25,558 nucleotides of DNA from an uncultured Candidatus Peribacteria bacterium (GTDB lineage: Bacteria > Patescibacteriota > Gracilibacteria > UBA4473), in the NCBI GenBank assembly GCA_964490135.1, contig CAZBBI010000001.1:1-25558 (forward strand), read 5' to 3'. The notes beneath the pieces were generated by a model, which saw only the letters and a program-made list of their open reading frames with translations, searched no databases and was not told the DNA's origin. Positions 9,175-16,576 of the stretch are shown here, one piece after another (the first letter of the stretch is position 1; the number at the start of each line of letters is the position of its first letter). The translations under genes were made by a program, and so were the position numbers.

Positions 9175-10240
9175 ATTTAATTTCACAAAAAACATAGATG
9201 GGATTTTGGTTACCACGCCAGAAAACATCAGATGGATTTCCGGATTTAAGGGTAGTTTTGGCTTAGTTCTTTTGAAGAAAAATGGTGAAAAAATTCTTAT
9301 TTCAGATGGTCGGTATGCAGAAAATGCGAAAAGAACTCTTAAGGTGAATTGCGAAGCAAGAGAGAATGCCCTGGGGCAGACTAAAGAGTGGAAGTTCCAA
9401 ATTTTTGATAAAGATTTTAAGAAAAATTTTGGCGAAAAAGTTTCAGGATCGTTTTGGATAGAGGATTTGGCATCTCTTGCCGATTTGAAAAAATATAAAA
9501 AGTTTTTTCCCAATATTAAATTTTTTCCAAAAACAAATTTCTTAGAAGAAAAAAGATCAATAAAAACAGAAATTGAGATTGATAAAGTTAGAATAGCTCA
9601 AAATCATGTAGATGATTTACTTATACCTTTTTTGAAAACTAAACTGAGAGAAAATGTTACGGAAAAATTACTTGCGTTTGAATTAGAACACGCAATTAGA
9701 GATAACGGGAAATTTGATATTAGTTTTGATGCGATTGTGGCATTTGGAGAAAATTCGTCGCTTCCCCATCATCATCCTTCAGAAAAAAAACTAAAAAAAG
9801 GAGATAATATTTTGATAGATTGTGGTGCAAAATTTGAAGGTTATCATTCTGATATGACTCGGAATTTTGTTTTTGGGACGGCTAAAGCCGATTATATAAA
9901 TAAATTTAATATTTGTTTAAACGCACAAAAAAAAGTGTTAGCTCAATATAAAGTTGGGAAAAAAATAAAAGATTTGGAGAATTTTTGTCGTAAAAGTTTA
10001 GGGGAAGAAGAAAAATATTTCACACATTCACTGGGGCATGGTGTGGGGCTTCAAATTCATGAAATTCCAAGTATTTCCATCAAAAGCAAAGATAAACTTA
10101 TTGAAAACCAAATAGTTACCTGCGAACCAGGTCTTTACTATCCTGATAACTTTGGGATTAGAATAGAAGATCTTTTGGTTATTAGGAAAAACGGTCCAGA
10201 GATTTTATCACAAACTAAAAAAGAATTAATTCTTTTTTAG
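9161..10240 (+). CDS. M24 family Xaa-Pro aminopeptidase/dipeptidase
   Basis: HHHP, IDCGAKFEGYHSDMTR, HSLGHGVGLQIHE, EPGLY, GIRIED metal-ligand motifs. Confidence 0.92.
   Translation: MENIKFNFTKNIDGILVTTPENIRWISGFKGSFGLVLLKKNGEKILISDGRYAENAKRTLKVNCEARENALGQTKEWKFQIFDKDFKKNFGEKVSGSFWIEDLASLADLKKYKKFFPNIKFFPKTNFLEEKRSIKTEIEIDKVRIAQNHVDDLLIPFLKTKLRENVTEKLLAFELEHAIRDNGKFDISFDAIVAFGENSSLPHHHPSEKKLKKGDNILIDCGAKFEGYHSDMTRNFVFGTAKADYINKFNICLNAQKKVLAQYKVGKKIKDLENFCRKSLGEEEKYFTHSLGHGVGLQIHEIPSISIKSKDKLIENQIVTCEPGLYYPDNFGIRIEDLLVIRKNGPEILSQTKKELILF
9341..9378 (+). repeat. 38-nt GC-rich two-hairpin repeat, copy 1 (in-frame within the M24 peptidase gene)
   Basis: AAGGTGAA TTGC-GAA-GCAA GAGAGAA TGCC-CTGG-GGCA; 32/38 identical, ungapped, to 20293-20330. 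Confidence 0.8.
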
Positions 10241-10346
10241 TTTTTCACAGGTTAACACAAAAAACCAACATCAAAAAAAATCAATCTAAGTGCTCTAGAC
10301 GAGATTTTTTAAAGGTATAAAATTAATAAGAAAAATTAATATAAAT

Positions 10347-11036
10347 ATGATGTCATATTCGCATAACTTCAAAAATACCAAGATTAGAGAGAAATTTAAA
10401 TTGGGTAAAAAAATATCTTCGATTTCAAAAAAAATTATGTATGGAACACTTATAGGAGTTCTTTTTGTAAATGTAACGTTTGCCTATAATATCTCTACTC
10501 CAAGAGTGGCAGTCGGGTCTTTTTTGACAAAATCATTATGGGATTTGTTAATTGATGATTTGTGGGGTCTTATGATGGAAATGGATACAAATAATGCGAA
10601 TATCTCAACAAATACTGCGAATATTGCAACAAATACTGCAAATATAGGTGCCAATGTACCAACTGGAGCGGTTATGCATTTTAATTTATCAAGTTGCCCA
10701 TCTGGTTGGTCATCTTTGGTGGCGGCAGAAGGGCGATACATGGTAGGGTTACCTTCCGGTGGTAGTTTGGGAGCCTCTGTGGGAAACGCTTTAACGAATT
10801 TAGAAAATAGAGAAGTAGGGCGACATACTCACGTGGTGAATGATCCAGGTCATGCTCATGGAATCGAGCAAATAGTTGGTACCGGTGGTGTTAATTGGGG
10901 TATATCTAGGAATCCAAGTGGAACAACTTTTAATGATTCCTCAACGGAATCTACTGGAATTGTTCTTAGTAATACTGGGGATATAAATGGAACAAATGCC
11001 CCCTATCTACAACTTTTAGTGTGTGAGAAAGACTAA
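10347..11036 (+). CDS. Predicted secreted protein with heptad stalk repeats and a phage tail-collar/tail-fibre-like C-terminal domain
   Basis: Signal peptide ending VTFA; TNxANIx repeats; VPTGAVMHFNLSSCPSGW, GRY, HTH/HAH and NAPYLQLLVCEK are typical of tail-collar/fibre-tip domains. Confidence 0.65.
   Translation: MMSYSHNFKNTKIREKFKLGKKISSISKKIMYGTLIGVLFVNVTFAYNISTPRVAVGSFLTKSLWDLLIDDLWGLMMEMDTNNANISTNTANIATNTANIGANVPTGAVMHFNLSSCPSGWSSLVAAEGRYMVGLPSGGSLGASVGNALTNLENREVGRHTHVVNDPGHAHGIEQIVGTGGVNWGISRNPSGTTFNDSSTESTGIVLSNTGDINGTNAPYLQLLVCEKD
10587..10649 (+). repeat. 3 x 21-bp tandem coding repeat (TNNANIS TNTANIA TNTANIG)
   Basis: acaaataatgcgaatatctca / acaaatactgcgaatattgca / acaaatactgcaaatataggt. 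Confidence 0.85.
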
Positions 11037-11081
11037 AATATACTAGGAAATTTTACATAAAAAGAATATCATAAGCTTGTT

Positions 11082-11915
11082 ATGAATGAATTTGATATAC
11101 AGTATCAGGGAATTTTGAAGGATATTCTTGAAAATGGATATGAGGAGGTGAATGAGAGGACTGGTCATGTATGTAAGAGTCTTCCTGGTATGACGATGAA
11201 GTTTGATCTTGCTAAAGGGTTTCCACTTTTAACTTTGCGGAAAATTCCTTTGAAGGTTTTTATAGCCGAACAAATCTGGTTTCTTATGGGTGCTAGAAAC
11301 TTAGAATGGCTTCAGGATTTTACTAAAATTTGGGACGATTTTGCAGAAAGTAATAATTGTGTAGAAGCTGCTTACGGATATCGTTGGCGGAAGCATTTTG
11401 GACGAGATCAAGTTGATGGACTGGTTAAATTACTCAGTGAAGATCCGTCTTCTAGACATGGAGTGATTCTCATGTGGGATCCCGCTGATGATGGACTAGC
11501 TGGCGGAACAAAGAAAAAGAATGTCCCTTGTCCATACACTTTTACTGTACAAATTATAGGAGGGAAGCTTTGTCTCCACCTTGTCATAAGATCGAATGAT
11601 ATGATGCTCGGAAATCCTCACGATACAGGCGGGTTTGCACTTTTGGCACATTTCTTAGCAGAAAAATTAAAAATTCCTGTTGGTTTTTTAACGGTTTCTA
11701 TTTCTAATGCTCATATTTATGATATTCATTTCGAAAATGCTAAAGAAATTGTAAGTCGGAAATTAGAACATAAACCAATAAAATTTGAATGTCCGAAGGG
11801 GGCGTTCGATCGAGCAGAAAAAGGGGATAAAGATTTAGTTTTAGAATGTTTTGATCAACTTATGTCTAAGTATGATCCACAAGAAAGTTTGGGTAGAATG
11901 AAGATAGTATTGTAG
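11082..11915 (+). CDS. thyA: Thymidylate synthase family protein (atypical active site, Asp at the E. coli Asn177 position)
   Basis: ERTG, FPLLTLRK, EQIWF, YGYRWR, PC (Cys150), RSND, NAHIY motifs; GNPHD instead of GLPFN. Confidence 0.85.
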   Translation: MNEFDIQYQGILKDILENGYEEVNERTGHVCKSLPGMTMKFDLAKGFPLLTLRKIPLKVFIAEQIWFLMGARNLEWLQDFTKIWDDFAESNNCVEAAYGYRWRKHFGRDQVDGLVKLLSEDPSSRHGVILMWDPADDGLAGGTKKKNVPCPYTFTVQIIGGKLCLHLVIRSNDMMLGNPHDTGGFALLAHFLAEKLKIPVGFLTVSISNAHIYDIHFENAKEIVSRKLEHKPIKFECPKGAFDRAEKGDKDLVLECFDQLMSKYDPQESLGRMKIVL

Positions 11916-12043
11916 TCTTGTATTGATTTTTATAAGATTTGATCCAGAGTGCTGATCTAAAAGAACTAAACTCTATTTAGCCGAACCTCTTTTTTTAAGA
12001 TAATTCTTAATTTTATCTTAATATTGTTATATAATTTTTTTTA

Positions 12044-12072
12044 TTGACAGCTTAAGATTTTTACGATAAGAT
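12044..12072 (+). promoter_or_regulatory. Putative sigma70 promoter
   Basis: TTGACA-N17-TAAGAT, 8 nt before the ATG at 12081 (near-leaderless transcript). Confidence 0.55.
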
Positions 12073-12080
12073 TCTCAAAG

Positions 12081-12773
12081 ATGAGCATAAATAAAAAAAT
12101 AATAAAAATATCAATTTTGGTTATTTTATTTTTTTTGATTACCACTTCAATGTGGGCAATTAATAGTATTCAAGAAGGATTTAGAGGCTCTGTCATAAAA
12201 CAAGAAATTGATGTCCATGGAACCTGCAAAAATGTTCAAGCATCTGGGACAAAAGAATATTTTATTCCTACTAATCAAAGTATAGAATGGACAAGTTTCT
12301 TAGCGCATCCACCTGCTGATATAATTATCTCACCATGTTATACTTATATATGGAAAGTTGGAGGCTATGGAGCATGTTCTAAATCTTGTGGAGGAGGTGT
12401 CCAATACCGATCAGTTTGGTGTCAGAGAAGTGATAGTACAACTGTTGCCGATAGTTTTTGTGGAGGTGGAAAGCCCGCAACAAGTAGAAGTTGTAATACA
12501 GCAGCTTGTTGTTCTAATAGGAATGTAAGTCTTGGAACTAATGGTGGGACCTGTTCTACTGCCTGCAGCAACATAGGTCAAAATTGTTCTTCCACTAGAC
12601 ATGAAAACTGGGGACAGCAAGGATCTCATTGGGGACCTTGGGATCCTGGGTGTGGATATGCGGTGCGAGGTTGGAGTGGTGACTGTGGAAGTATGCCAGG
12701 AAAAACTAGTTGTGGAAGCAATATGGACAGAGTAACTGTAGGATCGGCTACTTGTTATTGTTCTTGCAGATAA
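12081..12773 (+). CDS. Predicted secreted Cys-rich protein with a thrombospondin type-1 repeat
   Basis: Signal peptide ending SMWA; WKVGGYGACSKSCGGGVQYRSVWC...C...P...C...C is an ADAMTS-like TSP1 pattern; further Cys-rich C-terminal domain. Confidence 0.8.
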   Translation: MSINKKIIKISILVILFFLITTSMWAINSIQEGFRGSVIKQEIDVHGTCKNVQASGTKEYFIPTNQSIEWTSFLAHPPADIIISPCYTYIWKVGGYGACSKSCGGGVQYRSVWCQRSDSTTVADSFCGGGKPATSRSCNTAACCSNRNVSLGTNGGTCSTACSNIGQNCSSTRHENWGQQGSHWGPWDPGCGYAVRGWSGDCGSMPGKTSCGSNMDRVTVGSATCYCSCR

Positions 12774-12791
12774 AGTCTCATTTACAAAGAT

Positions 12792-12819
12792 TTGACACCC
12801 TCTGCTCTTTCATTATATT
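12792..12819 (+). promoter_or_regulatory. Putative sigma70 promoter of rplJL
   Basis: TTGACA-N16-TATATT immediately before the L10 leader. Confidence 0.55.
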
Positions 12820-12830
12820 TCCTTCGAAGT

Positions 12831-12923
12831 CAAAGACCGTCAGTGTGAGCAATCACTTAAATATCTGACCGAGACGGAGAAAATTTCAACCAAGTTGCTA
12901 ATTTAGGTCGCTCCAAGTATCTC
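12831..12923 (+). promoter_or_regulatory. Ribosomal protein L10 leader (autoregulatory RNA)
   Basis: AAAGACCGTCAG..GTGA-GCAA-TCAC-TTAAATA-TCTGACCGAG resembles the L10-leader pattern (AAGAC..UUAA..CCGAG) with a GTCAG/CTGAC stem; lies 5' of rplJ. Confidence 0.75.
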
Positions 12924-12960
12924 GTAAGTTTTGACTCAATCAAAAACTTACTTTTTATTT
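12924..12960 (+). terminator. Attenuator-type terminator between the L10 leader and rplJ
   Basis: GTAAGTTTTGA-CTCAA-TCAAAAACTTAC (one bulge) followed by TTTTTATTT. Confidence 0.65.
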
Positions 12961-12961
12961 T

Positions 12962-13510
12962 ATGGCAACATCTAAAGAAAAAAAACAATCTCAACTTACC
13001 GCTTTGGAAGAAAAGTTTAAAAATGCAGAAGGTATTGCATTTGTTAATTTTTCTGGGCCAACAGTAAATGAAGTACAGGAGGTTCGACGAGAGTTACGAG
13101 AAAATGGTATGACTTATACTGTTATCAAAAAAACTCTTATCGCTCTTGCTGCCAAAAACATGAAGGTCGCTGAATTTTCATCAGACGATCTAAAAGGAAT
13201 TGTTGCAGTTATTACATCTCAATCAGATGCTATCGCTCCAGCAGCAGCTATTAAAAAACTTAAAAAAGATTTCTTCAGTAAAGAAACTAAAACCGCTAAA
13301 TTTGATTTTTCTGGTTCAGTTTTTGAAGGAAAATTTCTTGATTATGAAGCTACGGCTATACTAGCTGAAACTCCAACAAAAGAAGAGTCTTATGCAAAAT
13401 TCATTGCAACTCTTCGTCACGGGCCAAAAGGTATTCATTCTATGCTTACCCATGGTCTTCGTGGAATTACGCTTTCACTTAAGGAAGCGGATAAATATGC
13501 TTCAGCATAA
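12962..13510 (+). CDS. rplJ: 50S ribosomal protein L10
   Basis: K-K...L, VRRELRE, VIKKTL motifs; upstream of rplL. Confidence 0.93.
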   Translation: MATSKEKKQSQLTALEEKFKNAEGIAFVNFSGPTVNEVQEVRRELRENGMTYTVIKKTLIALAAKNMKVAEFSSDDLKGIVAVITSQSDAIAPAAAIKKLKKDFFSKETKTAKFDFSGSVFEGKFLDYEATAILAETPTKEESYAKFIATLRHGPKGIHSMLTHGLRGITLSLKEADKYASA

Positions 13511-13569
13511 TTTGGGACAACTTTATAAAATTGTCCTTACTTAAATTATTTATTAAAACTTATTAAATC

Positions 13570-13965
13570 ATGTCAGACGAAACAACTGTAACTGTTGAAC
13601 TGTCAAAAGGAGAACAAGGCGTAGTAGACGCTATCGAAAAATTGACAGTAATTGAAGCGAATAATGTCGCTAAATACTTTGAAGAAAAATACGGAATCTC
13701 AGCATCTGCTGCGGTTGCTGCAGCGGCTCCAGCAGCTGCTGAAGAAGAAGAAACTAAATCAGCTTATGATGTAGTACTTAAAGACTGTGGTGCACAAAAA
13801 ATCGCAGTAATCAAAGTAGTACGAGAAATCACTGGTCTAGGACTTGGTGAAGCAAAAACTCTAACTGAAAGTGGTGGTAACATCAAAGAAGGTGCTAAAC
13901 CAGACGAAGCTGAAGAGCTTAAGAAAAAACTAGAAGATGCAGGTGCTACAGTAGAACTAGTATAA
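13570..13965 (+). CDS. rplL: 50S ribosomal protein L7/L12
   Basis: Ala-rich hinge; [20 protein letters not shown]; [10 protein letters not shown]. Confidence 0.97.
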   Translation: MSDETTVTVELSKGEQGVVDAIEKLTVIEANNVAKYFEEKYGISASAAVAAAAPAAAEEEETKSAYDVVLKDCGAQKIAVIKVVREITGLGLGEAKTLTESGGNIKEGAKPDEAEELKKKLEDAGATVELV

Positions 13966-13998
13966 TTTTTTATAAATTTTATGAACTTCTTCGTTAAT

Positions 13999-14029
13999 AA
14001 AAAAACCGTTGAAATTTCAGCGGTTTTTT
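13999..14029 (+). terminator. Intrinsic terminator after rplL
   Basis: A-tract, CCGTTGA-AATT-TCAGCGG, then TTTTTT. Confidence 0.8.
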
Positions 14030-14044
14030 GTATTAATGATGATA

Positions 14045-14836
14045 ATGAAAAAAAAATTTGCAGTTATCGGCTATCCCATCAAGCACTCAAAATCACCACA
14101 ACTTCATGAAGCTGGGTTTTTGGAGCTAGAAATAGACGCAAGTTTTGAAAAGCTAGAAATACATCCAGACGATTTGTCTGCTTGGCTGACAGATGAATTT
14201 ATAAATTACGCAGGAGTAGCAGTAACTATTCCACATAAGGAAGCTGTTATGAAATTAGTAGACAAAATAGCTCCTGCCGCTGAAAAAATAGGCGCGATTA
14301 ATACACTTTATTGGGAGAATGAGCAGATAGTGGGTACAAATACAGATTGTATCGGAGCGTTAAAGGCTCTGCAGACAGAATGTCCTGAATTATCAGAAAA
14401 AAAAGTTCTCATACTTGGAGCAGGAGGCGCTAGTCGCGGGGTTATTTTTGCTCTTAAAACTGCAAATTCTAAATTATCTATTTGGAATAGAACAACGTCT
14501 AAAGCGGAACAACTAGCTGAGGAATTTGAAATAGAAGCTATTAAGGATCTTAAGGCTGTAGATGGTGAAGATTTTGATATTATAATTAATACCACTTCAG
14601 TCGGGCTAAAGGAATGGGAATCCCCAGTACCAGAAGATTTCTTTTCTTCACGGAACATAGTCTTTGATATTGTTTATGATCCACTAGAAACCAAGTTTCT
14701 CTCTGACGCAGAAAACGTAGGAGCAACGACTATCACGGGAGACAAAATGTTAGTACATCAAGCACTTGAACAATTCAAAATTTGGCATGGAACCGAACTT
14801 GAAATGGAAATTATGGAGCAAGCGTTTTTTGAATAA
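14045..14836 (+). CDS. aroE: Shikimate dehydrogenase
   Basis: GYPIKHSKSP, VTIPHK, GAINT, NTD, LGAGGAS, DIVYDP; start moved downstream of the terminator (MKKKFAVIG; ATG at 14036 or 14039 also possible). Confidence 0.93.
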   Translation: MKKKFAVIGYPIKHSKSPQLHEAGFLELEIDASFEKLEIHPDDLSAWLTDEFINYAGVAVTIPHKEAVMKLVDKIAPAAEKIGAINTLYWENEQIVGTNTDCIGALKALQTECPELSEKKVLILGAGGASRGVIFALKTANSKLSIWNRTTSKAEQLAEEFEIEAIKDLKAVDGEDFDIIINTTSVGLKEWESPVPEDFFSSRNIVFDIVYDPLETKFLSDAENVGATTITGDKMLVHQALEQFKIWHGTELEMEIMEQAFFE

Positions 14837-14840
14837 TCAA

Positions 14841-14880
14841 ATAAAAAAGAACAACCACAGGGATTGTTCCTTTTTTTATT
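14841..14880. terminator. Bidirectional terminator between convergent aroE and gap
   Basis: A-tract, GAACAACC-ACAG-GGATTGTTC, T-tract. Confidence 0.7.
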
Positions 14881-14894
14881 TCTAAACTTTAAAT

Positions 14895-15893
14895 TTAAAC
14901 AATTCCTGCTAAATCAACAAGCCGGCAAGAATACCCCCACTCATTATCATACCAAGCTAAAACTTTAACCATATCATCGATTACCATTGTTTCGGAAGCA
15001 TCTATTACAGATGATCGAGATTCACATTTATAATCTGATGAAACTAAAGGTTTTGTTTCATATCCTAAAATATTAGGATTAGCATCAGAAGCTTTTTTCA
15101 AAGCAGCATTTACTTCTTCTTTGGTAACATTTCGTCCAACCTTAACCACTAAATCCACAAGTGAAACAGTTGGCATAGGAACTCTTACAGACATTCCATT
15201 AAGTTTTCCTTTTAGTTCAGGTAAAACAATCCCAACGGCAATAGCTGCTCCAGTAGAAGCAGGGATCAAGTTTTCTGCAGCGGCTCGTGATCGTCGAAGA
15301 TCAGGAACTCCTGTATCCAAAAGCACTTGGCTAGTAGTGTAAGAATGAATCGTAGTCATTAATCCTGATTTAATTTCAAATTCATCATGTAAAACTTTAG
15401 CAAAAGGAGCTAAACAGTTTGTTGTACAAGAAGCGTTTGAAATAAGTGTTTCCTCTCCTGTTAAAATATCTTCATTTACACCTAAAACTACAGTTGCAAA
15501 TCCATCTGATTTAGCTGGTGCAGAAATTACAACTTTCTTTGCACCTTGTTTTAAATGTTTTCCAGCTCCTTCTTTTGTTCGGAAAACTCCAGTACATTCT
15601 AAAACAACATCAACCTCTAAATCTCCCCAGGGAAGATCTTCAATATTTCTTGTTGAAAAATTTTGAATTTCGTGTCCATCAACCGTAAGTGTTTTTTCGT
15701 CTGCGCCCACTTTAATATCTCGATGATACGTTCCAAAATTTGTATCATACTTAAAAAGGTGAACAGTTTGTTCAGTTGGAGAAGGATCGTTAATTGCGAC
15801 TAACTCCATTGTGTCGGCGTGCTTGTCCAAAATAATTCGGGCAGATGCACGACCAATTCGCCCAAAACCATTGATGGCTATTCGTTTCTTCAT
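14895..15893 (-). CDS. gap: Type I glyceraldehyde-3-phosphate dehydrogenase
   Basis: INGFGRIGR, SNASCTTNCLAP, WYDNEWGYS. Confidence 0.97.
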   Translation of the reverse strand: MKKRIAINGFGRIGRASARIILDKHADTMELVAINDPSPTEQTVHLFKYDTNFGTYHRDIKVGADEKTLTVDGHEIQNFSTRNIEDLPWGDLEVDVVLECTGVFRTKEGAGKHLKQGAKKVVISAPAKSDGFATVVLGVNEDILTGEETLISNASCTTNCLAPFAKVLHDEFEIKSGLMTTIHSYTTSQVLLDTGVPDLRRSRAAAENLIPASTGAAIAVGIVLPELKGKLNGMSVRVPMPTVSLVDLVVKVGRNVTKEEVNAALKKASDANPNILGYETKPLVSSDYKCESRSSVIDASETMVIDDMVKVLAWYDNEWGYSCRLVDLAGIV

Positions 15894-16015
15894 TTTTATA
15901 TGTTTTTTAAGAATTTAAAGAAAAAATCGCTGGTAGTATAAATCATAATTTATTAATTTCCAATTAAAACATTTTTAATTGCTAAAAACACATCATTCCT
16001 CAATAATTATACTTG

Positions 16016-16576
16016 ATGGAAGTTGCGCTCACTTGGAATCTTGTTTTACTTTCTGGCTTCATTATGTTGTTTGCCTACAGCTTTTTGCTTGGACAAAATT
16101 CTACAATAAAACTTATTCTATCTATCTATATCGCGATTATGACGGCTGATGGTATTGCAAAAATCATTAAAGACTTTGTTATTGCACCGTCTCCTGGGTT
16201 TCGTGAATTGATTGGGGGACACGATGAACAAGTTTATGCTTGGACTCGAATTATATTATTTTTAGCAGCGGTTGTGGTTTTTGTTGTTAAAAGTGGTTTT
16301 CACGTTGCATTAGAAAAACATGATCACTGGGCAGCAAGATTTGGAATTCATGCCCTTTTCTCTGCACTATCCGCGACACTTTTTATTTCAACAATTTTAA
16401 TTTATGTCTCTGGTAATTCTTTTGTAGAAGGAATGCTTTATGCCAAAGATATTCAAATATATCAGCAAAGTTTTCTTGCTCAAATTCTGATAGACTATTA
16501 TCAATTTTGGTTTTCCCTACCAGCTATGGCATTTTTAGCCAATAGTTTTCTTTTTGGGAATGAAACAAAAGCTTAA
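16016..16576 (+). CDS. Hypothetical multi-pass membrane protein (possibly CvpA-like)
   Basis: About 186 aa with 4-5 hydrophobic helices; no motif recognised with certainty. Confidence 0.65.
   Translation: MEVALTWNLVLLSGFIMLFAYSFLLGQNSTIKLILSIYIAIMTADGIAKIIKDFVIAPSPGFRELIGGHDEQVYAWTRIILFLAAVVVFVVKSGFHVALEKHDHWAARFGIHALFSALSATLFISTILIYVSGNSFVEGMLYAKDIQIYQQSFLAQILIDYYQFWFSLPAMAFLANSFLFGNETKA

Noticed and set aside
10347-12773. Prophage remnant (tail-collar-like gene next to a TS-family gene)
   Set aside because: No integrase, capsid, terminase or att-like repeats; the flanking proteins have host-type signal peptides
13515-13537. GGACAA..TTGTCC hairpin between rplJ and rplL
   Set aside because: No T tract and weak; at most a stabilising hairpin, not supportable as a terminator
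15624-15633. TCCCCAGGGA in gap, resembling the second palindrome of the 38-nt repeat
   Set aside because: It encodes the conserved GAPDH LPWG motif, and the flanks do not match the element
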